NCBI GenBank assembly: GCA_963674965.2
Contig: CAXXFL010000006.1
Location: forward strand, 768,001-832,000
DNA length: 64,000 nucleotides
Direction of reading: 5' to 3'
Source of the DNA: a bacterium
GTDB taxonomy: Bacteria > RBG-13-61-14 > DATKZS01
In this document: positions 34,102 to 43,615 of the stretch, piece by piece
Layout of the letters: the number at the start of each line of letters is the position of its first letter
Numbering within the stretch: position 1 is the first letter of the stretch
Made by a program: the position numbers and the translations under genes
Notes under the pieces: generated by a model
Seen by the model: only the letters and a program-made list of their open reading frames with translations
Told to the model about the DNA's origin: nothing
Database searches by the model: none

Positions 34102-35535
34102 CTGAACTTTAGAACTTTTTAGTCTGGTTTGCACGTATCGACATTAAGCAGCCTCCTTGAGGGGCGTAATTTCCTCTGGTTTGGGGTCGGAATGGAAAGC
34201 GGGAGAAATTCGCAAAGCCTTGTAGAAAGCGCGTCGGAGCCGACCGACGCTTGGGGGGCCGCTCGGGTCCCACCACGGTTCGGCCTCGATCTTTTCCGCC
34301 TCCGGGACGCAAAGGGCAAGCAGGCCCAAAAGGCCGTAGGCGACCAGGCAGAGGTTGGCGTGGCGCTTGATGGCCGTGAACGACCTCTGGCGATAGTCGC
34401 CGAAACCGCCCGCCGTCTTCACCTCCCGGAACAACTCCTCGATCTTCCAGCGGCCCGAATACGTTTCCAGCGCCCGCTCCGGCTTCATCTCGACGTCGGT
34501 GGTGAAAAACACGTTCATTTTTTTGCCGGAGCGCCGGGGGAAAATGATGACGAGTATCGGCTTGTCGCCGAGGGTGGCGCTGGGGACCATCACCCCGACG
34601 AAGGCCTCGATGGTAACGGTCTTGCCGTAAATCCTGGCCTTGATTTTTTCGCGCTTCGATCTTTTCAAACACAGTTGTTGGGGGCTGAACTTCTTGCCGC
34701 GCTTGGGCGGCCTTCCCGGACCATTCTTCCTTTTGGGGAGTTCGTAGAGCGCCGCGTTCGAGCGGAGGCGGCTGATCAGGACCACCTCTTTGCCGTCGAA
34801 CTCGAGACCGGCCAACTTGGCCTTGGCGTAGAGGTTGTCCACCACCAGGACCAGTCTCCGAGCGGGCCAGGAGAACCTTTTTATCATCATGGCGGCCAAC
34901 TCGATCTTGGTTTTGAACTCCCATCCCTTGGGGCAAAACTTTTCCTGGACGAAGAGCAGCGCCGAGAGGGGGAAGGCGAACCACTTGCCCCCGCGCTCCC
35001 ATAGAAGCGCCATCACCACCCAGCAGTGGCCGAGCACCCGGCGCTTTTGATGGCCGGGGTTTTTGTCCGTCGGGTCCGGGTAATAGCCCAGACCGAAGAA
35101 CTTCTTGCCCCATTTCTTGACCAGGGTGTCGTCGACGGCGACGACGATCTCGTCCATGATCTTGAGTCGTTGGGCCACCAGGTCGAGCAGGCATTGACTC
35201 ACCTTTTGGCAGGACCACCGGCCCTTGCGCATGAAAGCGTAGGGCGTGGTCCAGTGCATGACCCGGTGGACTTGGGTGAGGCGCATGACCTCGGTCACGC
35301 AGTGCTGGAGACCGAACAGCGCCGCGTGGGCGATAATGAAGGTCTGGAAGTGCTCGAACCCGGGCTTGGAGAAGCAGTTGACAAATACAAGCATCAGCGG
35401 CAACATAAGAGCTTGAGCGTTCATCAGCGTTCACTCCCGCGTTATGAGGGCCGATCACACCTCTCATTATACGGGAAAAACTGGTGAACGCTATTTTTAC
35501 ATGGTGGAACATGGCTAAAAAGTTCTAAAGTTCAG
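34102..35535 (-). mobile_element. IS701-like insertion sequence (1434 bp)
   Basis: Perfect 21-bp IR CTGAACTTTAGAACTTTTTAG; 8-bp target duplication TATTGATT at 34094-34101 and 35536-35543. Confidence 0.92.
34144..35424 (-). CDS. DDE transposase (IS701/IS4-superfamily-like)
   Basis: VAVDDTL, LVVDNLY and YSGRWKIEELFREVK (YREK-type) motifs. Confidence 0.9.
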   Translation of the reverse strand: MNAQALMLPLMLVFVNCFSKPGFEHFQTFIIAHAALFGLQHCVTEVMRLTQVHRVMHWTTPYAFMRKGRWSCQKVSQCLLDLVAQRLKIMDEIVVAVDDTLVKKWGKKFFGLGYYPDPTDKNPGHQKRRVLGHCWVVMALLWERGGKWFAFPLSALLFVQEKFCPKGWEFKTKIELAAMMIKRFSWPARRLVLVVDNLYAKAKLAGLEFDGKEVVLISRLRSNAALYELPKRKNGPGRPPKRGKKFSPQQLCLKRSKREKIKARIYGKTVTIEAFVGVMVPSATLGDKPILVIIFPRRSGKKMNVFFTTDVEMKPERALETYSGRWKIEELFREVKTAGGFGDYRQRSFTAIKRHANLCLVAYGLLGLLALCVPEAEKIEAEPWWDPSGPPSVGRLRRAFYKALRISPAFHSDPKPEEITPLKEAA

Positions 35536-36736
35536 TATTGATTAAAACCATAATGTTTTCTTTGGTTTCCCAAGGGTCTTTCGTGAAAGTACCCCGTACC
35601 TCAACGAGAGCGCCACCGGCGTTGGAGGAACCGTTCATGATTGACACGGATGGAGCGCTTTGGTCCAGAATAACCGGATAGATTGTTTCCGTAACGGGAC
35701 CGGACGAATTGTAGTTCACCGTGAGGACTACCGTATTGGTCCCCGGCGCAATGGTAATTTGCCTTGAGAATGAGCCGATTTCAGGATTCGTTGTATTTCC
35801 GGAAACCGTTAGCGGGTATGATATCCCAGATTCCAGTATCCTAACTTGAGCCGATGAGAAATCCGAATAATTCGGAATGACTCCGTTCAGATAAATAAGT
35901 TCCTGAGGCAATATCTGATTGGGGTGGGGGTCGAGAATCATTCTGCCTGAAGTCCTTGGTTGCCCGTCAATGGCGCCGTCGCCGTCCGTGTCCGTTTTTA
36001 TGGGGTCAGTCCCGTAAAGGTCAACCTCATCGCCGTCCGTAAGTCCGTCACCGTCGGTGTCGGGTGAAAAAGGGTCGCTTCCATGAGATATTTCATCGCC
36101 ATCATTAAGATTGTCGCCGTCCGAGTCGCGGTCGCACGGATTGGTCATGAACAGCAACGTTTCATCGCCATCACTCAGCCCATCACCGTCGGTATCGGGA
36201 TTATACGGACTTGTACCCGTGTCCTCAGCGGATGAATACACCCCGGTATTCGTCTCGACGGAATTGTCCAGACCGTCTCCGTCCAAATCTTGGGCCATGA
36301 CCGGCGCCGCCACAAATAGCATCAAGAAAATTGCCGGGAAAATTGTTTTCACTCTTTTTCTCGCAAAACGAAGCATTTACACACCTCTCATTCATATGTT
36401 GCGTCGAATCTACACGATAATCGGTAAATTGTGCTATCAACGGTATCGAGACAAAAAAGCCTCGTCCGAAGACCGATTTGATCTTCACGAGGCGATAAAT
36501 AATGATTCCCTGTTTTCATTCCCCCTGCTCTGGTGATGGTTAGAAGTGTTCTCTCCTTACCCTTGTACCTCCGCTATGTTTATACTATTCTAGGTAGCAC
36601 GTGGTGATAAGTATGTCAAGTGCAAATTTGCATATTTGAAAATAATATACAAATCTTCCGCCCCTAACGTACAATTAAGGGCTATTGGTTTTTGCGGTCT
36701 AACTGCCCTCTTGCCAACCCCTTAAAATTCATCATG

Positions 36737-37675
36737 CTATTTCCCAAAGGGCACGGACAACCCCTCCGCCAGTTCCAATGCATCCGCAGGCCAGAACCTC
36801 TCGGGCCGAGGATGGCGCACATTCCGCCGTCCAAACGCGGGGCGGCATTCGAGCAGGGACTCGACCCATTGGGTGGGGAGCGAGTTCCGGCCATGCACCG
36901 CTCCCAACAGCGCGCCACAGATGGCGGCGTTGGTGTCGGTATCTCCGCCTCGCATAACGGTGTCAACGACGGCTTCCTCCAGGTTCGGGGCGTGCAGAAG
37001 CTGCCACAGGGCGTTTCCGAATGCCGTCAGTACCCACCCCTGTTGGTGGATATAGTCGGCGGGCGGCGCGTCGGCCGCTCTTCGGACAGCATCGAGGAGA
37101 CTTACATCCACCTCCATGCCTTCCGACCAGGTCACGATCTGCTCATACAGATTTCGGCCATCGCACCCCGAGTGGATGGCATGGGCAATCGCCATCGTGA
37201 ATAATTCGTTGGCTTGCTGGCAAACGGGATGGGGATGGGTGATCGCGGCATCCTGTCGCGCCCACTCGGCCACATGCTTCAAATCATGGTTGGCTCCGAA
37301 GATGCCGAGCGGACTGATCCGCATCATCGCCCCGTTGGCCTGGCTGTCCGGATTAGGACGACCCCGCAGGCCGCTGGAGACCGTCATGCCGCAATCGAAG
37401 GGCTCGGAGTCCAGCCAGAAGATGTACGCTTTCCTGGCTTCAGCGGGATCGTACTTTCCCCGCTCGGAAAGCATGCGGGCCAGGGAGAGGGCCATCTCGG
37501 AATCATCGGTCGGTTGTCCGGCAATCGTGTCCCAGGCGCCTCCGTCGGCAAGCTCCCTCACTCCGTCGGGGTATTCCCGTCGGATGTCCTCCGGAGTTCG
37601 AAACTCGACCAGGCCGCCCAGCGCGTCTCCGGCAAGCTGTCCAAGGAGACAGCCTTGGGCGCGTTCAACTTGCAT
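36737..37675 (-). CDS. ADP-ribosylglycohydrolase (DraG/ARH family)
   Basis: GCLLGQLAGDALG, GQPTDDSEM, ANGAMMRISP, THPHP and GGDTDTNAAICGALLGA motifs. Confidence 0.93.
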   Translation of the reverse strand: MQVERAQGCLLGQLAGDALGGLVEFRTPEDIRREYPDGVRELADGGAWDTIAGQPTDDSEMALSLARMLSERGKYDPAEARKAYIFWLDSEPFDCGMTVSSGLRGRPNPDSQANGAMMRISPLGIFGANHDLKHVAEWARQDAAITHPHPVCQQANELFTMAIAHAIHSGCDGRNLYEQIVTWSEGMEVDVSLLDAVRRAADAPPADYIHQQGWVLTAFGNALWQLLHAPNLEEAVVDTVMRGGDTDTNAAICGALLGAVHGRNSLPTQWVESLLECRPAFGRRNVRHPRPERFWPADALELAEGLSVPFGK

Positions 37676-37895
37676 GGGATATCTCCATAAATTCTAAAAG
37701 TCGCCGTCAGACTGTCGAAATTAAGATTGGCCCGCGGACCCTGACTGAATTGAAGGCTCAATGCCCATTAGTCAGCGCGGCGAATAATAATTTCTGAGCC
37801 GCTCGAGCGATGAAAGTCTAGTCGAAATCACTGATCGAAGTCAAGGAGGACGATGGAAAAGAATAAGTTGTCCTCGTATATTTTTTCATTCCATC

Positions 37896-38096
37896 TTATT
37901 CATCCGGCAGAACAAGCGTCCAAATACGTTTGAGAGGCAATTCGGCCTGGATGTCTTCTGAAAGTTTTTCATAGTGAGCAAAAAGCGCGTCCATTAAATC
38001 TTCAGAATCCCATAGACGAATCTGGAAAAATATCTGCCTTGACTCCGTTTCCACGTTTCCTTTAAAGCCTCCCCGAATGATAACGCAACAATCCAT
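37896..38096 (-). pseudogene. C-terminal remnant of an Mrr-like restriction endonuclease
   Basis: GGFK...FFQIRLWDSEDL...YEKLSEDIQAELPLKRIW resembles the tail of Mrr_cat proteins; only 66 aa remain. Confidence 0.55.
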
Positions 38097-38226
38097 TCTC
38101 CCAAATGGCCGTGTACATTATCTTGTTGTAGCTAAAAGAAAAAAACGGAGAATGCTCAAAAGCGGCTAAAGAAGCGGCTTAAGGCGGATTTCCCTTGCTG
38201 CCCAGGTGCTCCATCAAATAAACCAG

Positions 38227-39366
38227 CTATTCTTTTTTCCCCTTCTTGCCCTTACCTGGTTTCTCCTCTATCATTTTGGCAACTCTCGCCAAAGCCGCGT
38301 CATCCTCCAAGGCTTCCTGTTCCGCCTCTTCAGCGAGACGATGGTGTTCGAACCTTTCATACTGCGAGAGAGCCAACTCCTTTGCTACTTCCATTGAGAC
38401 CTTGCCCGCGTGTTCCAGGATGTCTCGCTCGTTGAACTTGAGGAAGGCATTGAGCTTCTTCCGCCAGTCTCTCATATAAAGAGGTCGGCGGCGGCGGGCC
38501 TGGTCCTCGGCGTAGTCCAGGTACATGACCACAATGCGGTTGAACTCCTCGATCTCGTCGGAGTGGAGGTAATTCTTGGCAATCACCACATCTCCCTTCC
38601 GCACCTTCGCTCCCTTCCACGATGTAAGGCCCATGTTGGGCTCGCCCGAGTCGGCACGGGCCGCTATCAACTCGGCTGCGGTGTGACCGGTCACGGCCCA
38701 GTGGAGCTTGTTCTGGACGATCTTAAAGAATTCCAGAGTCTCCTCCGCGCCGGGGTCATAGTCGCAGGCGAGCTTGTAGATGTCGCGAATCTTCTGGTAG
38801 AAGCGCTTCTCGCTGGCTCGGATATCCCGGATGCGCTCGAGGAGCTCGTCAAAGTAGTCCGCGCCGATATTCCGGCCCTCCTTGAGGCGTTCATCGTCCA
38901 TGACGAAGCCCTTGACGGTTTTTTCAACTGCCTTCGGCAGGGATAATGGTTTGGTAGGAGCCTCTGAATGCGTTTGGCCGACTTCCTGATGAATGATGTT
39001 GGATTGATCTATGAGGTCACGGCTAACACAATTCCAGCCTCGTTTAATGTTCTCGGCCAGCCATTGGTCAGCGATCTTGTCTATCTTCTCCAACGTGGAG
39101 GCTATACGCAGGCTGGTTTTAAGCGGCTCCTTGCGAGCAGCAGAGTAATCGGTGAAGAAGGCGACGTATGGGGGATACAAATCGTCCGCACCATGCTTGT
39201 TGGTTTTCCAGGTAACTACTTTTCGAACGGTTGTCCCGGATTTTCCTTCCTTGGTGTAGACTTCGCGGCGAAGTGCTTCAGCAGGATCAAGTTGCGGTTG
39301 TTTGGTTTCTTCAAGATGGACATCCCTGCCCAAATGATCAGTGATCCTGATCTTGCGCACGCTCAC
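38227..39366 (-). pseudogene. Chimeric ORF: duplicated pieces of the ligase operon fused in frame to the C-terminal part of a RhuM-family protein
   Basis: 38227-38916 has KGFVMDDERLK, YFDELLERIRDIRASEKRFY, QNKLHWA, NMGLTSW and IAKNYL (RhuM-like); 38913-39323 copies 45178-45588. Confidence 0.8.
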
Positions 39367-39568
39367 GAAAAACCTCTCCAGGCTCTAAATCCCATATCAA
39401 AGAAATCCTGAGCGTCATCGTTTTCGTCATTATCGGCGAAGTTGATCAATTGCCCACGCCGAGCATACTCGAATCGACATCGCTCACCCAAGATCAAAAA
39501 AAATCCCTCAACTCCCTTGAGCAGGAATGCGGGATTGTCATGGTATGTTTTGCGCGGTCGGAACGATG
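38913..39568. repeat. Two-part duplication of 45178-45588 and 47364-47611
   Basis: First 411 bp appear identical; next 248 bp carry about 14 mismatches; the parts are joined at a shared CAT. Confidence 0.9.
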
Positions 39569-39709
39569 GTGGACGGTGTCTTGGAGGAGGCCATCGAGCG
39601 CCTTTGAGCGCCCGGCCTTCATCGTCCTTCCCCTTGTGAAATTTCCATTAACACCTTTCCTGAGTCATCAAAATTTAAAATTTCTTTCTAACCATTCCCG
39701 CGATTAGTC

Positions 39710-39738
39710 TTGCCGACCGCCTTTTGAGGTGCTACACT
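39710..39738 (+). promoter_or_regulatory. Sigma70-type promoter of the TA operon
   Basis: TTGCCG-17 nt-TACACT followed by an AAGGAGG RBS. Confidence 0.55.
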
Positions 39739-39775
39739 GTTATTACAATGATGCACCATCAAAAAGGAGGCACTC

Positions 39776-40003
39776 ATGATTAAACGACTCACAAAACATG
39801 GGAACAGCCTGGCCTTGGTCATTGACAAGGGGGCCCTTGACCTTCTCGAGATCGACGCCGAGACCCCGTTGCGCATTACCACCGACGGCCGTTGCCTCAT
39901 CATCACCCCCGAGCGCGACCAGGAGCGGGAGAAAAAATTTCGAGAAGCCCTTTCGGAAGGCAACCGCAAATACGGCAAGGCACTCAAGAGACTGGCGGAC
40001 TAA
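39776..40003 (+). CDS. AbrB/MazE-type antitoxin
   Basis: 75 aa, LTKHGNSLALVID motif, directly upstream of Doc. Confidence 0.88.
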   Translation: MIKRLTKHGNSLALVIDKGALDLLEIDAETPLRITTDGRCLIITPERDQEREKKFREALSEGNRKYGKALKRLAD

Positions 40004-40006
40004 GCC

Positions 40007-40402
40007 ATGGAGCCGTTGTTTCTCGAGCTGCATGAAGTCATGGAAATTCATCGGGATCAGATCGAAAGGTATGGAGGGAGCGAGGGACTCCGAGACCCGG
40101 GCCTCCTGCAATCGGCCTTGGAAATGCCCCGTTCCGGCTTCGGAGACCAGTACTTTCATGCCGATCTGTTCGAGATGGCCGCGGCTTATCTGTTTCATAT
40201 AGTCAATAACCATCCCTTTCTCGACGGCAACAAGCGCACGGGAGCGATGGCGGCTTTTACCTTCCTCAAGCTCAACGATGTAACTCTCACCGCCTCCAAT
40301 CCTTCTTTCGAGAGAATCGTTCGAGATGTTGCCGAGGGCAGGGCGGACAAGAGCGCCATCGTTAATTTCCTCAAGAAGAATTCCCGTGCTTCCAAGGATT
40401 GA
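40007..40402 (+). CDS. doc: Death-on-curing (Fic/Doc) toxin
   Basis: GLRDPGLLQSAL and HPFLDGNKRT motifs. Confidence 0.93.
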   Translation: MEPLFLELHEVMEIHRDQIERYGGSEGLRDPGLLQSALEMPRSGFGDQYFHADLFEMAAAYLFHIVNNHPFLDGNKRTGAMAAFTFLKLNDVTLTASNPSFERIVRDVAEGRADKSAIVNFLKKNSRASKD

Positions 40403-40424
40403 AAGCCGTACGAGTTTTTCTTTC

Positions 40425-40784
40425 CTATGGTCCCGCATGGGAAATTTCCATTAACACATTCTTCATCTTGAGCCGCAGGCGCTTGATCCTTCGCCAAGCG
40501 AAAAACGACCAGCCCATCACGTCAAGGATTTCCTGCTCGACCTCGCCGAGGATTTCAACCGAGGACCGCCGCAGGGTGGATTCTCCGTACTCGACCGCTC
40601 CACGCTCCAGCCTCTGTTCAACCAGGGAGACGAACTCGCGCCATTCGTCGGCCAGGTCCTGGCTCATTCCCGTTTCCTGGATGCCCAGGAACACGTCATA
40701 TCCGACCTTATCTCCCATCCGGTGCTCCCTAACCCTTTGAAACAAGCGGCCCTCGCTTTTCGGACCGCCGGTGTTATCCGCCAT
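40425..40784 (-). CDS. Hypothetical phage-like protein
   Basis: 119-aa ORF overlapping the upstream gene; RLERGAVEYG...EEILD pattern. Confidence 0.5.
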   Translation of the reverse strand: MADNTGGPKSEGRLFQRVREHRMGDKVGYDVFLGIQETGMSQDLADEWREFVSLVEQRLERGAVEYGESTLRRSSVEILGEVEQEILDVMGWSFFAWRRIKRLRLKMKNVLMEISHAGP

Positions 40785-41301
40785 CTTTTTTGCGTTTTCG
40801 TTTTTTGGCGGGCTTGTCCTTGCCGTCTTTCTTCTCGTCCGCCAGCGTCTTGACCAACTTACTCGCCCATTCAGCGGGTGTTGCTGCCCGCTTCGAGGCG
40901 GGATCGGTCTCGCGGGTGATCTTGGTTGTCTTCAAATCCTTAAGGTGACAGCGGATCATCCTGTCCAACCGCTCGGCCGCGTCCCAGTTGCCCTCTTCCT
41001 GCGCCCGGCTCAGCTTGATGAAGTAGACCGCCACCAGCTCCACCTGCATGAAGTCCGAGCTCTTGTTGAACACAAAGTCCTGGTAAAGCTGGGCGATGAT
41101 CTTTTCAAAAATCTTTTTTTCATCATCAGACAAGAAGCGGTTGGCGTACATGCCAACCGAGCCCCCGCGCCTTGATTTCACCAGGCGCAGATATCCTCGC
41201 GCCAGAATCGAAGCGATCTCGCCAATCGCCTCGCCACTCCTTTTTTGATCTCCTGAATTCCTCTCCAACTCTTCCTCCTCTCGCGACCCGGCTACGATCA
41301 T
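40774..41301 (-). CDS. Hypothetical phage-like protein (start uncertain)
   Basis: 175-aa ORF, helical, with a Lys-rich tail; coupled to the next ORF. Confidence 0.5.
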   Translation of the reverse strand: MIVAGSREEEELERNSGDQKRSGEAIGEIASILARGYLRLVKSRRGGSVGMYANRFLSDDEKKIFEKIIAQLYQDFVFNKSSDFMQVELVAVYFIKLSRAQEEGNWDAAERLDRMIRCHLKDLKTTKITRETDPASKRAATPAEWASKLVKTLADEKKDGKDKPAKKRKRKKDGG

Positions 41302-41678
41302 CCGGCCCTGGTGGTTATATACCGGACGAGGGGATTATCTGTCGGAGAAAATCCGTCTAGGCCGCCCTGGCACAACCGCCAATACACAAGGGGCGAGTAG
41401 AAGCGAATGGATTTATTCAACTTGTATGGAGATTGTACGAAAGAGAACCTGGTTTTGCGTCTGCACGGAACTGTTAACAAACTCGGCATGTTAAACGGAG
41501 AATGGGAGATTCCGCCGGAGAAAAATTCGGTCAACGGGCGAAACCTTAAGGTCGCAAACGTACCCCGAAAATGTGAGTCGCAAACGGAGAATGGCGATAT
41601 GTGTGAGAGGTCCGCAACCTGGCGGAATTGATTGGAAAAGCCGAAAGCCCCAGGACCTGGTGTCCGGAGGCTCTCCGT

Positions 41679-41708
41679 AAAAGAAAAAAGCCGCTTTGGT
41701 TCGCGGCT
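41679..41708 (-). terminator. Intrinsic terminator-like hairpin
   Basis: Minus strand AGCCGC-8 nt-GCGGCT followed by TTTTTCTTTT. Confidence 0.5.
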
Positions 41709-41920
41709 GGATATCTGGCTCCGCAAATGAGACCTCCATAAAGCATGCCCTATAAATGCCGTGTGCAATATCTAGCTGATTTAACAATGGAAAAAGGAAG
41801 AAGGTCGTCTATTCAGCAGTGAAATCAACTCAACACTATTTCTCAAGTGGTATGATTATGTGTTCTTTTAGAAGTCAAGTAGAAATTTTGGGCGGGATTT
41901 ACAGGTCGAAAAGATATTAC

Positions 41921-41948
41921 TTGACAAATCTCTGGCAAGTGGTATATT
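41921..41948 (+). promoter_or_regulatory. Sigma70 promoter of the XRE-ImmA/PIN operon
   Basis: TTGACA-16 nt-TATATT with TG extension; AAGGAG RBS follows. Confidence 0.6.
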
Positions 41949-41976
41949 ATAGATATGGTCGGGAAAGGAGATTGCT

Positions 41977-43089
41977 ATGGACTTGCAGATACTCGCTAAA
42001 AACGTGAGACGGCTGAGGACTGCAAAGCGCTTCAGCCAAAAGGCATTGGCTGAAGCAGCGGGGCTATCCCTGCCTGCGGTCAAGAACATGGAACTTGCCA
42101 AAAACGAACCTCGGATGAGAACCATTCAAGCAATCGCCAAGGCGCTTGATGTTAATCTCAGGGAACTCTTTTTGCCGGTAAGGGATTTGCAGACCGTAAG
42201 GTTTCGCTCTACCCGGAAGGTACAGTACCGTGAAAATATCCTGGCAGAGGTGTCCAGATGGCTAGAGGATTTCAATTACCTAGAGGGAACTCTCGGCGAG
42301 AGAATTCCTTTTGAGCTAAAGAAGGTCAGGGTGCGCTGCTCCAATGAGAATATCGTCCGTTCCGCCGAGCTTTGCCGGAAGAAATTGGAACTCTGGGATG
42401 ACGAGCCATTATACGATATCTGCGGATTGCTCGAACATGCAGGTATAAAAGTGCGGTCTGTTCCCATGGCTTCTGATGGTTTTTTCGGATTATCAGTGGG
42501 AGAAAAGGACGGAGGCCCTGCCATAGCAGTAAACGTTTGGGAAAGGATTACCGTTGAGAGGCGGATCTTTAGCGCAGCCCACGAACTCGGTCATCTCATG
42601 CTGCATCCTGACGCCTATGATGTTTCTCAAACTGAGGAAAACAAAAAAGAGGAGCAAGAGGCTGATTTTTTTGCCGGACATTTCATAATGCCGGACAAGG
42701 GATTTCTCAAAGAATGGAATGATGCATCGGGATTGCACTTCGTAGACAGGGTCTTTAAAGTCAAACGAATTTTCCGTGTCAGCTATAAAACCGTTTTGGC
42801 TCGACTCATTGAACACGAAGTCGCGGACAAGTCCATCTGGATGAAATTCAATGTTGCCTATCAGAAACGATTCAATCGAAAACTCGCCTTTAAGGAAGAA
42901 CCAATGGCCATTGACTCCGCTGAGCCATATGGATTACAGCGATTCGATTTTTACGAGGACCGCTTCAGTCGTCTTGTCAGAAAGGCCCTTGAAAAGGACA
43001 AAATTTCTATCAGTCGTGGCGCGGAAATGCTTCACATTGGTATTGAGGAGATGCGGGATCTCCTCGATAATTGGGAGGCTGTTCTTTGA
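41977..43089 (+). CDS. XRE HTH fused to ImmA/IrrE-family Zn metallopeptidase
   Basis: N-terminal SQKALAEAAGLS HTH; RRIFSAAHELGH and EQEADFFAGHFIMP motifs. Confidence 0.93.
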   Translation: MDLQILAKNVRRLRTAKRFSQKALAEAAGLSLPAVKNMELAKNEPRMRTIQAIAKALDVNLRELFLPVRDLQTVRFRSTRKVQYRENILAEVSRWLEDFNYLEGTLGERIPFELKKVRVRCSNENIVRSAELCRKKLELWDDEPLYDICGLLEHAGIKVRSVPMASDGFFGLSVGEKDGGPAIAVNVWERITVERRIFSAAHELGHLMLHPDAYDVSQTEENKKEEQEADFFAGHFIMPDKGFLKEWNDASGLHFVDRVFKVKRIFRVSYKTVLARLIEHEVADKSIWMKFNVAYQKRFNRKLAFKEEPMAIDSAEPYGLQRFDFYEDRFSRLVRKALEKDKISISRGAEMLHIGIEEMRDLLDNWEAVL

Positions 43090-43094
43090 CGAAG

Positions 43095-43613
43095 CGCCAA
43101 CGAAATCCCCAATTGATGATCATGGATGCTTGTGTCCTCATTGATTTCATCAATGCGGACCGAGCTATTCTTCAACTTGTTGTGAAATACGTGGGACCAC
43201 TCCATGTGGCCAGCCCTGTAGTAGACGAAGTCAACCAGATAGATGACGAAAACGAACTTGTCGAGCTTGGTCTTATTATCATTGAGCCCGAAATCGAGGA
43301 TGCCTTTGCCGCAGCCACTCAACCCGGACCGACATCGTTTCAGGACCGACTATGTCTCCTAGCGGCAAAACGGCATGGCTTCACCTGTGTGACCAACGAT
43401 AAAAACCTTCGAAAACTTTGCAAGCAAGAAGGAGTCCCTCTCCTATGGGGCCTTCAGCTTATAGTCGAGCTTCACAAAGCAGGAGGAATCCCCGGAAAAA
43501 GCGCTGAGATGATCGCTCAGACCATAAGAAAATCTAATCCCAAACATATCACGGCCGAGATAGTATCTCGCTTTACGGAGATTATCCGCCGTCAGGAGAG
43601 TCAACGGTCCTAA
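43095..43613 (+). CDS. PIN-domain protein (putative RNase toxin)
   Basis: IMDACVLID, VVDE, SFQDRLCL and VTNDKNLRK motifs; start approximate. Confidence 0.8.
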   Translation, partial: RQRNPQLMIMDACVLIDFINADRAILQLVVKYVGPLHVASPVVDEVNQIDDENELVELGLIIIEPEIEDAFAAATQPGPTSFQDRLCLLAAKRHGFTCVTNDKNLRKLCKQEGVPLLWGLQLIVELHKAGGIPGKSAEMIAQTIRKSNPKHITAEIVSRFTEIIRRQESQRS

Positions 43614-43615
43614 CA

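Larger units (their letters stand above)
32379..36376 (-). pseudogene. Secreted Ca-binding (thrombospondin type 3-like repeat), Ig/PKD-like protein of about 851 aa, interrupted by an IS
   Basis: 35525-36376 has a signal peptide and DTDGDGLSDGDE repeats; it rejoins 32379-34073 in frame (VLINNTAAEIEMTD) once the IS and one 8-bp repeat are removed. Confidence 0.85.

Noticed and set aside
41520-41670. Cyclic di-GMP riboswitch
   Set aside because: Only a vague GCAAA/GAAA resemblance; the paired elements could not be built.
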